A stretch of 64,000 nucleotides of DNA from Prorocentrum cordatum (GCA_963575745.1 CAUYUJ010000093.1:1-64000), one strand, 5' to 3'; counted from the stretch's first letter, positions 50,395 to 61,696 are shown. Program-made: numbers and translations. Notes: generated by a model not told the origin, from the letters alone.

Positions 50395-51266
50395 ACGTCC
50401 TGATGGTCCTCACCTGGTGCCCACGCCGCGGCGCACGGTATGAGCCGTGCTCGGATGTTCATCAGGTGCCAGAAAGCGGGGTCCTCCTCGGGTTCACCCC
50501 TGGCGCACAGAGGGGTAGTGGGACTCGTGGGGCTGAAGCGGGGCACGACAGCGGGGCTGAAGCCGCCACTGCGTGCCTGGGCCTTGCTAGCGGCCCTGTC
50601 GAGGATATGCTGCACGACGGTCGAGGACAAGCTGAGGACAGGGTACCATCGAGGATATGCTGCACGACAGTCGACCGCGAGCGTCATGTTGAGTGATGGT
50701 AGCCCTCGTAGCTGAACTTGCATGCGGTGCGAGGCGTGGCCGGAGGACGCAGGAGTCATCTCAGCTGCGGCAACATCGGTGGTCGACTGCGATGCATGTG
50801 TCGTAGTTGACGAGGGCGTGCTCGTAGGAGACATGCTGGTACTCGTCGTAGACGTCGTAGTAGCCGTCGAAGTCCCAGGGGGGCAGCGCGTGGGGCGGGG
50901 CCCCTGGTGCTGCTCAGGCCAGGCGCTCGCGGGGGCGCCCAGCGGCCCGGTGCCGCACGGACCAGCGGCGGCGGTGCTGTTCACGATCGGGTCCAAAATG
51001 GCGCTGTGATCGTATTTGTAGATGCTGTCATCGTAAAGGTAGAAGAGCGTCCCACGCTCCGCATGTCGCAGGAAAGCCTCTCCTCCGTGCTGGGGCGCAC
51101 CGCCTGAAGACGGGTGTGCTCCAGCCAGCGAGGGGAGGGCCAGGCCGCAGGCAAGGCGCCACATGATGGCGAGGCCTGGCGGGCGGCGCGAGCGATGAGC
51201 CGAAAGCTGCGTGGCAGCACACGTCCTCAAATACCCCTGAATGCTCATGTACATTGCTACAATCAC
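49935..51266 (-). CDS. 443-aa ORF with signal-peptide-like and S/T-rich segments; probable N-terminal part of the cargo polyprotein
   Basis: MWRLACGLALPSLAGA, a TSTATTTSTTSTSMSPTST tract, then a W/C/H-rich globular region; overlaps the 2215-aa ORF by 460 nt. Confidence 0.55.
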   Translation of the reverse strand: MIVAMYMSIQGYLRTCAATQLSAHRSRRPPGLAIMWRLACGLALPSLAGAHPSSGGAPQHGGEAFLRHAERGTLFYLYDDSIYKYDHSAILDPIVNSTAAAGPCGTGPLGAPASAWPEQHQGPRPTRCPPGTSTATTTSTTSTSMSPTSTPSSTTTHASQSTTDVAAAEMTPASSGHASHRMQVQLRGLPSLNMTLAVDCRAAYPRWYPVLSLSSTVVQHILDRAASKAQARSGGFSPAVVPRFSPTSPTTPLCARGEPEEDPAFWHLMNIRARLIPCAAAWAPGEDHQDVCWAWLEDCVPHVLATLHLPQYDHFFQEDSAEKNDALRHRTAFDMCEDIWHRAGPDRQRTNRNLTRIQGSHECPTRYFGFFWNTRALVPSSSALRLSRHHCRHASHGPTPCCQEASLRPTKTPWRISRMRSCTTRQTCSRLSRRSSPRHRWNR

Positions 51267-51425
51267 GCCCCCTGCAAGACTACGGGTGTCCCTACACCAG
51301 ATAGCTTGCGCGTGCTGCTGCCAAAACAGACATGAGGTAACAAGAAAGAGATACGACGCGAAGAGGGGAGCGATGCCTCTGAAGGCGCTTCCTCGGAGGG
51401 CTGAGGCGGGCTCTCTGAGGCACCT

Positions 51426-53999
51426 TCAATAGGGTTCCTGGGTGGCCCGACCCTTGTCCTTGCCTTTGTCGGCCCCTGGGGGCCCCGTCCCTGGGGTGGC
51501 CTGGCCTGGCTGGTCGGTCAAACTGCAGGCTGCCGCGGGCTCGGCGGCCGCTGCGGCTTCCTCCTTCTTAGTTTCCAGAGTGGCCGCTTGTGGCAGGTGG
51601 ATGGTGCCTCCCGTGAGGTGCCCGAGGAGGGTCTGGATGTCGCCGCGCAGTGCAGCGGCGTCGGCGGTTGCCGTCTGTTGCTGGGTGACGACGGTGGCAA
51701 GCCCCCGTTCCAGCCCTGAAACGTGCTCCGTGAGTGTGGCCTGGGAGGAGAGAACGCCCGCAAGCTGCACCTGCATGTTATCCACCGTGTTGGCTAGCAG
51801 CTCGTGCTGCTGTTCCATGTGCTGGATGCGGGTCGTGGCAGCATCGGGCGGTTTAGAGGCCGATGCGAAGCGCTCGCCGAAGGTGTTGAGTTCGTGGGAG
51901 GCCACGCTGTATTCATCACCTGATGAGAGGATCTCGACGTCGACGACGTCACCTGGTACTTCGGCGGCTGTGGCAGCGTCGCCTTCGGTGTGGCCCCCAC
52001 CTTCTGCCGCCGCCGTGCCAAGCCAGGGGTCGTGGCCACCTGGTCCTGGGGCGGCCGTCGGTTCAGCGGCTCCGTCCGTGCCGTGCGGGGGCGCAGAGGA
52101 GCTGCGGCCTGGGGCGCAGGGTGGCCTTGCGTGCGGCGTGGCGTCACGTTTCCCGCTGGAGGAGCGGTGGCGCTTGGCTGAAGGCTCCTCCTTGGGGGTC
52201 AGGAGCGGTGCGACGCCCTTGCCTTTGGGCGTGGCAGTCATGAGGTCGTGGAGGTAGGGGCTCTGGGCCGCTTTGGTGAGGAGTGTGCCGGTGGCGGGGC
52301 TAAAGCCGCCACCACCGGCTGGCGGCGTCACAGGCTCTGTGATGGTGGTAGGCGTGACGATGGTAACGTTGTCCCGCTTCGGCGCCACCTCAGCCAGCGG
52401 GGCCTCGGTGATGCTCCACGGGATGGGGCACCCCGCGACCTGCACCGTATAGGTGAGTGGGGGCCGATGAGCGCGCACTAAGGCAAACTGGGCCGCAGTG
52501 GCTGGGTCCCAGGCGGTGTGGTAGACCTCACAGTCCCATTTAACGGACGGGCCCGTGAGAGTCTTGGCGAGCTGGGTCAGCGTGGCGTGGCGTGCCGCAA
52601 TGCCAGTGATGCGGTAGCGCGTCTTGGCGAGGGTAGCCTCGCAGCCGCGGATGCTGACAGCAGCGGCCTTGGCGACGTCGGACCCCCGCGGAACACGGAT
52701 CCCCAGCAGGCCTGACTTGCCGTGCCTGACGACTCCCAGGGCCTTGAACTCCACCGACTTCTGGAACGCGTCTGCCATCGTGATGGGCTGGTCCTCAGGG
52801 AACCAAACGGTCTGATACTTGTCGGCGGTGGGCTCGTCTGCACCTACGTTGCTGAGGTCGTAGGTGGCACCGAGTTGCCCTGATCCCGCCAGGACCTTGT
52901 CGACCGCTTGGAGACTGACGCCGAAGGTGGCAGCCAGGGACCTCTTTCCGACGCCCGATCCAAACCTGCCTAGGCTTTTGCAGGGTTCGAGGATGGTGAC
53001 GGCTTTAAAGTTGCCGTGGAAGAGGGCCTTGAAGGTGTCCTGGAGCTGGCTATCGAGCTCCTGGCGGCGAGCGTCTTTCTTGGACTCCTTGTGCTTTTGG
53101 CGCGCCTTGTCCTGTGGAGCGGAGTCGCCTCGAAAAGGGCCCTTGGCGCGTGGACCACCGTTCACGGGGGCACCTCCCGAGAACTGGTCCTCGAAGGCCT
53201 GGTGCATGGAGGGGACTGCGGCAATGGCCTCGGTCTCGTGTATGGTCGCCCGAATCCAGCAGACGTGGTCGGCAGGGTCGATGGTGGCGACGGCTACCTT
53301 TTCCGTGCAGGCGACCTCCTTGGTGCCCAGCTGGTACACGATCACGGGGACGTGCGTGTGGACCACTTTGGGCGCCTTGGGGTGGCGCTTCAGGACGGGG
53401 ACGGCGAGCTCGGTACCGACGTAGTTGTCGTTTTTCGGGCCCATGACAGCAATCGCGAGCTGACCCGTGGCTCGCTTGCCCTGCTCGAGGTGGTGCTGCA
53501 GCAGCCGTTCACCACTCTCGTAGTCGTGGAGGCTGATGCTGGGCTTGTACGTCTTGCCGTCGTCAGGCGAGGTGGGTTCGGCAAGGACAGGGACCTTCCA
53601 AAAGGCAGGGTCCAAGGCGATGAATTGGGTGTCCGCAGCCTGAAGACGTGCGGAGCCCGCTGGTGGATGCGATGTGTCACCGCCAGTGCGCTTAGGCTTG
53701 CTGCGCTGGTGGTGATCGAGCGTGTAGCTAATCTGGTTGGCGGCGCACATGCGGATAAGGGCGCTGCCAAGCTTCTTCGTGTTGGACTTGTGCATGTCGT
53801 ACATTGCCTGGAGCTCGTCCGCGTTCAGTTCGGCTAGCCCGTTGTAGGCGGCCGTGGGGCGGTCAGACCCCGCTTGCCTGAACGCTGCGATGCAGTCCTG
53901 CTTGCGTTGAAGGAGGGACCCTTCAGCAGCAGGGCGCGTGGGACGGGAGCTCGGAGGCTGCTTAGAAGAGCGACGGCGCTCCGGCTTCTTGGGGGCCAT
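51426..53999 (-). CDS. ORF1-like protein of the LINE (~857 aa)
   Basis: First ORF, ~150 nt from the 5' boundary, starting MAPKK at the ATG at 53999; alpha/beta RRM-like central region (LGIRV...RYRITGI...LVRA..PP) and C-terminal heptad coiled coil (RIQHMEQQHELLANTVDNMQVQL...). Position is typical of ORF1. Confidence 0.75.
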   Translation of the reverse strand: MAPKKPERRRSSKQPPSSRPTRPAAEGSLLQRKQDCIAAFRQAGSDRPTAAYNGLAELNADELQAMYDMHKSNTKKLGSALIRMCAANQISYTLDHHQRSKPKRTGGDTSHPPAGSARLQAADTQFIALDPAFWKVPVLAEPTSPDDGKTYKPSISLHDYESGERLLQHHLEQGKRATGQLAIAVMGPKNDNYVGTELAVPVLKRHPKAPKVVHTHVPVIVYQLGTKEVACTEKVAVATIDPADHVCWIRATIHETEAIAAVPSMHQAFEDQFSGGAPVNGGPRAKGPFRGDSAPQDKARQKHKESKKDARRQELDSQLQDTFKALFHGNFKAVTILEPCKSLGRFGSGVGKRSLAATFGVSLQAVDKVLAGSGQLGATYDLSNVGADEPTADKYQTVWFPEDQPITMADAFQKSVEFKALGVVRHGKSGLLGIRVPRGSDVAKAAAVSIRGCEATLAKTRYRITGIAARHATLTQLAKTLTGPSVKWDCEVYHTAWDPATAAQFALVRAHRPPLTYTVQVAGCPIPWSITEAPLAEVAPKRDNVTIVTPTTITEPVTPPAGGGGFSPATGTLLTKAAQSPYLHDLMTATPKGKGVAPLLTPKEEPSAKRHRSSSGKRDATPHARPPCAPGRSSSAPPHGTDGAAEPTAAPGPGGHDPWLGTAAAEGGGHTEGDAATAAEVPGDVVDVEILSSGDEYSVASHELNTFGERFASASKPPDAATTRIQHMEQQHELLANTVDNMQVQLAGVLSSQATLTEHVSGLERGLATVVTQQQTATADAAALRGDIQTLLGHLTGGTIHLPQAATLETKKEEAAAAAEPAAACSLTDQPGQATPGTGPPGADKGKDKGRATQEPY

Positions 54000-54151
54000 T
54001 GCTGCGGGCACTCTGGTGCGGAGAGGTGACGCGAATCAGTAGGGTCCTGCTGGGACCCCTCCGGTCTCGCGAGGCCTGGGAGTCTGACTCCGAGGCGGGG
54101 CGCTTCGCGTCGCGGCTGCGGTCTGAGTGCAGAGCACTCTCGAGCCGAGAC

Positions 54152-54152
<1 letters not shown>

Positions 54153-54224
<72 letters not shown>

Positions 54225-54386
54225 CGGGAGAGAGCGAGAGAGAGAGAGAGAGCAGAGAGAGAGAGAGAGAGCGGGAGAGAGCGAGGGAGAGCGAGAGAGA
54301 GCGAGAGAGAGCGAGTGAGAGCGAGAGAGAGAGAGAGCGAGAGAGAGCGACAGAGAGCGAGAGAGAGCAAGAGAGAGCGAGAGAGC

Positions 54387-54426
<40 letters not shown>

Positions 54427-54494
54427 GAGAAAGAGAGAGAGAGATAGAGAGAGAGAGAAGAGAAGAGAAGAGAAGAGAAGAGAAGAGAGAGAGC

Positions 54495-54527
<33 letters not shown>

Positions 54528-54760
54528 GAGAGAGCAGAGAGAGAATAGAGAGAAGAGAGAGAGGAGAGAGAGAGAGAGAGAGGCAGAGATAGAGGCAGAG
54601 AGAGAGGCACAGAGAGAGAGGCAGAGAGAGAGAGAGAGGCAGAGAGACAGAGGCAGAGAGAGAGGCAGAGAGAGAGAGAGAGGCAGGGAAAGAGAGGCAG
54701 AGACAGAGAGAGGGCAGAGAGAGAGAGAGAGACAGAGAGAGCAGAGAGAGCAGAGAGAGA
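54153..54760. repeat. (GA)n microsatellite abutting the 5' end of the large LINE
   Basis: Read directly. Confidence 0.95.
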
Positions 54761-55199
54761 GGCAGCTCAGTCACACTTAAATCCAGATTCGTCCTCACCG
54801 AGTCCCACCACCAAGGGAGCGCCAGCAAGGAGATGCACATATGGGGATCCCCACGCAGTGAATAATGTTTTATAATGCGCGAGCACTTCCTGGGCACGCG
54901 ACGCGTCCCGGGGGAAATCTCCCGTCGCGGTCCTCCGCGCCCGCCTCGTTCGGTGTCGTCCCGTCGCCATCCTCGCCGTGGCGCCGTGCCACTGCCGTCG
55001 CGGGCAGCACTGCCGCATGCGCCCTCCTTGACGATCCGCCACCGTGCCGCTGAGCACAGAGTGGGCGTGTCCTCAAGTTCTTTGCCAAATCCGCTAAACA
55101 CTCATGAAGAATCTTCAAGGGGCCCTGACCCCAAATTGCCAAATCTTCTTGGATTTGTCGCGTGCCCCCTGGGACTTCTCGCGGTTTCTCACGTGACTT

Positions 55200-58100
55200 G
55201 TTCGGGCTCAAGAGGCGTCCAAGACGGGCCAAGAGGGCCCAACGAGGCCCTCAAGACGGTCAAGAGGGCCCCGAGTCGCCGAACGATCGCCCCAAGACGC
55301 CCAAGATGGCCTCAAGATGGCCTAAGAGGCCTACAAAGACGCCCGAAGAGGGCCCCAAGAGCCTTCCCAAGAGAGCCCCGAGGCCCAAATCTTGAATTTT
55401 GCATCGGTGTTTAAAGATTATGTGGTCCTCGATGTTTCCAGCTCCCGCCGCTCCAAGATGGCCCAAGAGGCCCCCAGAACCGACCCAAGACGACCAAAGA
55501 GGCCCACAGGATGGCAATAACACGGCCCAAGAGGGCCCAAGATGGCCCCAAAGGTACCCAAGACAGCCCCAGAGGGCCCAACTGCCTTCCCACGGCCCGA
55601 GACGGCCCAAGTGCCCCCAAAGATCGCCCAAGAGGCCCAAGACGGCCCCAAGAGGCCCCCAGGATGGCACAAGAGGCATCCAAGACGCTCAAGATGGCCT
55701 CCAAGACGGCCCAAGAGCCCTCCAAGACGGCCCGAAAGGGTCAAAATAGCCTCCAGGCGGCCAAGATGACCTCCAAGATGCCCACGTGTTCCCCGAATGC
55801 TTTCCAAATCGATTCGGGGAACACATGGTCCGGTAGCTTGGCAGGCCTGGCCTCAACTTTCGGCCACATAGGCGCTTCCACGAAGGCAGGGGGCGGCGGT
55901 GACTCGCCGTAGGCGTCTTCGATCCGCCGCACCCTGCCGAGCCGAATTATTACGGTTTGGGTGTTGGTTCTTTTTCCAAAAGAACTCCCCCTGGGGCTTC
56001 GGCCCGTCCCGCCAGGGTGCCCATCTCGTCGGCTTGTTCGCTCAAGATGGCCCGAGATGGCCTCCAAAATGCCTCCAGGACGGCCAAGATGGCCTCCAAG
56101 ACGGCTAAGATGGCCTCTAGACGCCTCCAAGACGGCCCAAGATGCACCCCAGACGGCCTCAGATAGCCTCAAAATGGCCCAAGACGGCCTAAGAGGCCCC
56201 CAGGAGGCCTCCAAGACGGCCCAAGACTGCCCAAGAGGCCTCCAAGAGGTCATCCAGGAGGGCCCGAAGAGGCCAAAATTATTGATTGTCCTTAGGTTGT
56301 TGAAGGATGTTGGCGTTTGCTTCTTCTCGGCATTCCGACTGCTCAAGACGGCCCAAGAGGCCCCCAAGATCGCCCCAAGATCGCCCACGAGGCCTCCAGT
56401 ATGGCCCCATGACGGCCCAAGAGGCCCCCAAGACGGCCCCAAGACGGCCCCAAGAGGCCTCCAAGAGGGCCTCCAGGAAGGCCAGAAAAGGCAAAAACAC
56501 TGCTGTTCGCTTAGGTGTTTAAAGGATTTTGACATTTGCTTCCTTTCGGCCTTCCGACGGCCCGATACAGCCCAAGAGCCCCCAAAGATCGCCCAAAGAT
56601 CGCCCAAGAGGCCTCAAAGATGGCCCCAGAACGGCCCAAGAGGCCCCCAAGACGGCCCAGGAGGCCTCCAATGCGCCAAAGATGGCCTCTAAGACGGCCC
56701 TGGAGCCCCCCAAGAGGGCCCCAAGTCGGCTCAGAGAGGCCCCCCAAACGGCTTCCGACGGCGTCGGACGGGCAAGGGGCCCACCACGACGGCCGAAGTT
56801 GGCTCGAAGCTGGCCCAAGACGGCCCAAGAGGCCTCCAAAAGGGCCTCCAGGAAGGTCCGAAAAGGCCAAAATCAGTGTTTTCCCAAAGTTTTTGAAGGA
56901 TTGTGGCATTTGTTTTTTTTCTGCCTTCCCACGGCCCGAGACGGCCCAAGTGCCCCCAAAGATCACCCAAGAGGCCCAAGACGGCCCCAAGAGGCCCCCA
57001 AGACGGCCGAAGAGGCCTCCAAGACGCTCAAGATGGCCTCCAAGACGGCCCAAGAGCCCTCAAAGACGTCCTCCAAGAAGGCCCGAAAGGGTCAAAATGG
57101 CCTCCAGGCGGCCAAGATGACCTCCAAGATGCCCACGTGTTCCCCGAAGGCTTTCCAAACCGATTCGGGGAACACATGGTCCGATAGCTTGGCAGCTCTG
57201 GCCTCAACATTCGGCCACATAGGCGCTTCCAAAAAGGCAGGGGGCGGCGGTGATTCGCCGTAGGCGTCTTCGATCCGCCGCCCCCTGTCGATTCATCGCA
57301 GGGGTTCCTGGCGTGCTAGACGATTTCGGTTTTGGTTTTTGTTCTTTTTCCAAAAGAACTCCCCCTGGGGTTTCGGCCCGTCCCGACGGGGTCCCGGGAG
57401 GCCCTTCCAAGACCGCAAACGACCTCAACGTCCGGAAAAAATTCTCCAAGACGGCTCAAGATGGCCTCCAAGATGGCCATGTTGGCCCAAGATGACCTCC
57501 AAGATGGTCCACGATGGCCTCCAAGTTCGCCCAAGATGGTCCAAGACGGCCTCCAAGACGGCCCAAGAGAATCCAATACGGCCCAAGATGGCCTAAGAGG
57601 CCCCCAGGAGGCCTCCAAGACGGCCCCAAAGGCCTCCAAGAGGTCCTCCAGGAGGGCCCGAAGAGGCCAACATCATGCATTTTCCATCGGTGTTTGAAGG
57701 ATGTTGGCATTCGCTTCTTCTCGGCATTCCGACGGCCCAAGACGGCCCAAGAGGCCCCCAAGATCGCCCCCACAGTGCCCAAGAGGCCTGCAAGATCTCC
57801 TCAGGTCTGCCCAAGAGGCCCCCAAGACGGCCCCAAGAGCGCACAAAGACGACCCAAGAGGCCTCCAATACGCCAAAGATGGCCTCTAAGACGGCCCTGG
57901 AGCACCCCAAGAGGACCCCAAGTCGGCCCAGGAAGGCCCCCCAAACGGCTTCCGACGGCGTCAGACGGGCCAGGAGCCCACCAAGATGGCCGAAGTTGGC
58001 TTGAAGCTGGCCCAAGACGGCCCAAGAGGCCCCCAAGAGGGCCTCCAGGAAGGCCAGAAAAGGCAAAAACACTGATTTTCGCTTAGGTGTTTGAAGGATT

Positions 58101-59040
58101 TTGACATTTGCTTCCTTTCGGCCTTCAAACGGCCCGATACAGCCCAAGAGCCCCCAAAGATCGCCCAAAGATCGCCCAAGAGGCCTCAAAGATGGCCCCA
58201 GAACGGCCCAAGAGGCCCCCAAGACGGCCCCAGGAGGGCCCCAAGACGGCCCAGGAGGCCTCCAAGACGCCCAAGATGGCCTTCAAGACGGCCCTGGAGC
58301 AATCCAAGAGGGACCCAAGTCGGCTCAGAGAGGCACCCCAAACGACTTCCGACGGCGTCAGACGGGCCAGGGGCCCACCAAGACGGCCGAAGATGGCACT
58401 AGGATGGCCCAAGACGGCCCAAGAGGCCTCCAAGACGCTCAAGATGGCCTCCAAGACGGCCCAAGAGCCCTCAAAGACGTCCTCCAAGAAGGCCCGAAAG
58501 GACAAAATGGCCTCCAGGCGGCCAAGATGACCTCCAAGATGCCCACGTGTTCCCCGAAGGCTTTCCAAACCGATTCGGGGAACACATGGTCCGATAGCTT
58601 GGCAGGCCTGGCCTCAACGTTCGGCCACATAGGCACTTCCACAAAGGCAGGGGGCGGCGGTGATTCGCCGTAGGCGTCTTCGATCCGCCGCCCCCTGTTG
58701 ATTCATCACAGGGGTGCCTGGCGTGCTAGATAATTTCGGTTTTGGTTTTGGTTCTTTTCCAAAAGAACTCCCCCTGGGGCTCCGGCGCGTCCCGCCGGCC
58801 ACCCGAAGACCCGGTTGCAAACGGTTTTCCTACCCCAGGACGGCCCCAAGATGGCCCAAGATGGCCCAAGATGGCTTCCAAGACGGCTAAGATGGTCCCA
58901 ATATGCCTCCAAGATGGCCCAAGATGCACACAAGACGGCCTAAAATAGCCTCAAGATGGCCTAAGACGGCCCAAGAGGCCCCCAAGAGGCCTTCCAGACG
59001 CTCCAAGAGCTCCTCCAGGAGGGCCCGAAGAGGCCAAAAT
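55200..59040. repeat. CCAAGA(C/T/G)GGC ~11-mer low-complexity array with ~1.35-1.41-kb higher-order repeat
   Basis: A conserved non-repetitive module starts at 55781, 57131 and 58541. Confidence 0.9.
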
Positions 59041-59109
59041 CATTCCCCACATCCAAAGTGGGGTTCTTGTTTTCTCTGGACACCCCGCGCAGAAACAGGA
59101 ACCCACCAC

Positions 59110-59171
<62 letters not shown>

Positions 59172-59285
59172 CTCACTCATTCCTCACTCACTCACTCATC
59201 ATCCCTCACACACTCACTCACTCACTCACTCACTCACTCACTCACTCACTCACTCACTCACTCACTGACTCATCAGCGCGCACAT

Positions 59286-59319
<34 letters not shown>

Positions 59320-59435
59320 GGATGATGAGGATGATGATGATGATGAGTGTGCGCGTGAGAGAGTGTGATGATCATCATCATCACCAGTCAGTCAGTCAGT
59401 CACTCACTTACTCACTCACTCGCCTTGGGTCTCGT

Positions 59436-61250
59436 CTGTGAGTGAATTGCGAGGAAGTCTCAAGCGGGAGCCCCCTCCCTATGGGGCCCGCGGATCATGT
59501 TACTAATCCGAGCGGGTCATCCAATTCCTGTAACTGTCGCATTTGGGGGTGCCAGAAGCCATTCCCAGGCCACATCTGTGAGTGAATTGCGAGGAAGTCT
59601 CAAGCGGGAGCCCCTCCCTATGGGGCCCGCGGATCATGTTACTAATCCGAACGGGTCATCCAATTCCTGTAGCTGTCGCCACTTTTGGGCTCTCGCGCTG
59701 CCAGAAAGCCATTCCCAGGCCACATCTGTGAGTGAATTGCGAGGAAGTCTCAAGCGGGAGCCCCCTCCCTATGGGGCCCGCGGATCATGTTACTAATCCG
59801 AGCGGGTCATCCAATTCCTGTAACTGTCGCCACTTTTGGGCTCTCGCGCTGCCAGAACGCCATTCCCAGGCCACATCTGTGAGTGAATTGCGAGGAAGTC
59901 TCAAGCGGGAGCCCCCTCCCTATGGGGCCCGCGGATCATGTTACTAATCCAAGCGGGTCATCCAATTCCTGTAACTGTCGCCACTTTTGTTCTCTCGCGC
60001 TGCCAGAACGCCACTCCCAGGCCACATCTGTAAGTGAATTGCGACGAAGTCTCAAGCGGGAGCCCCCTTCTTATGGGGCCCGCGGATCATGTTACTAATC
60101 CGAGCGGGCCATCCGATTCCTGTAACTGTCGCCACTTTTGGGCTCTCGCGCTGCCAGAACGCCACTTCCAGGCCACATTTGTAAGTGAATTGTGATGAAG
60201 TCTCAAGCGGGAGCCCCCTTCTTATGGGGCCCGCGGATCATGTTACTAATCCGAGCGGGTCATCTTATTCCTGTAACTGTCGCCACTTTTGGGCTCTCGC
60301 GCTGCCAGAACGCCATTCCCAGGCCACATCTGTGAGTGAATTGCGAGGAAGTCTCAAGCGGGAGCCCCCTCCCTCTGGGGCCCGCGGATCATGTTACTAA
60401 TCCGAGCGGGTTATCCAATTCCTGTAACTGTCGCCACTTTTGGGCTCTCGCGCTGCCAGAAAGCCATTCCCAGGCCACATCTGTGAGTGAATTGCGAGGA
60501 AGTCTCAAGCGGGAGCCCCCTCCCTATGGGGCCCGCGGATCATGTTACTAATCCGAGCGGGTCATCCAATTCCTGTAACTGTCGCCACTTTGGGCTCTCG
60601 CGCTGCCATAACGCCATTCCCAGGCCACATTTGTGAGTGAATTGCGAGGACGTCTCAAGCGGGAGCCCCCTCCCTCTGGGGCCCGCGGATCATGTTACTA
60701 ATCCGAGCGGGCCATCCAAGTCCTGTAACCGTCGCCACTTTTGGGCTCTCGCGCTGCCAGAGCGCCATTCCCAGGCCACATTTGTGAGTGAATTGCGAGG
60801 AAGTCTCAAGCGGCAGCCCCCTCCCTATGGGGCCCGCGGATCATGTTACTAATCCGAGCGGGCCATCCAATTCCTGTAACCGTCGCCACTTTTGGGCTCT
60901 CGCGCTGCCAGAACGCCATTCCCAGGCCACATCTGTGAGTGAATTGCGAGGAAATCTTAAGCGGGAGCCCCCTCCCTATGGGGCCCGCGGATCATGTTAC
61001 TAATCCGAGCGGGTCATCCAATTCCTGTGACTGTCGCCACTTTTGGGCTCTCGCGCTGGCAGAACGCCATTCCCAGGCCACATTTTGAATGCCCGGAGCC
61101 AACTGTAGGCAACTTCGTGTTCTTCGTGCTCCCAGAACACCACTCCCGGGACACATTTTGAATGCCCGGAGCCAACTGTAGGCCACTTCGTGTTCTTCGT
61201 GTTCCCAGAACGCCACTCCCGGGCCACTTTCTGAATGTCCGGAGCCAAAA
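59436..61250. repeat. 151-bp satellite, ~11 units, ending in ~73-bp variant units
   Basis: GTGAGTGAATTGCGAGGAAGTCTCAAGCGGGAG recurs about every 151 bp from 59438 to 60935. Confidence 0.95.
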
Positions 61251-61696
61251 CTGGAGGGCGAGGTCGGGGGCAACGTAGGGAGCGGGGGGAGGGCCCGCGC
61301 CAGGGCGAGAAGAATTTTACGCAGAAGAGACAACCAGGACGCCTCACCAACCACGAGGACGACGGTGAGGGCTTTTTCCAGATTCGCCCAGAGGATTCTC
61401 ATGCGGGGTCCTTCCGTCGGAGTAATTCGTGATCTTTTCTTGAATTACGAGGAGGGTTCACGCAATAGTGCGATTCTTAAGCATATTGTGAGGGAGTCAT
61501 TGGCAAGAGCATGATTTCATCGCGGCGAGAGCGCGAACCCAGAATACATGGTGAAACAATTTCGGGCAAGAGTGCGGTTTCTCATTAAGCTGCATGGACG
61601 TCTAGAGTAAGAGCGCGATTCCTGAAAATACATTGTGAGCAAGCCTCGGGCATCATCCATTGCCTCTGCCCTCCGCATGCCTGATTTCAGCACGCC

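Noticed and set aside
38167..53837. Plus-strand ORFs antisense to the large LINE
   Set aside because: Expected shadow ORFs of GC-rich coding sequence; no motifs.
55162..59000. Many overlapping PKRAP/GASWG ORFs
   Set aside because: Stop-poor low-complexity repeat, open in several frames on both strands.
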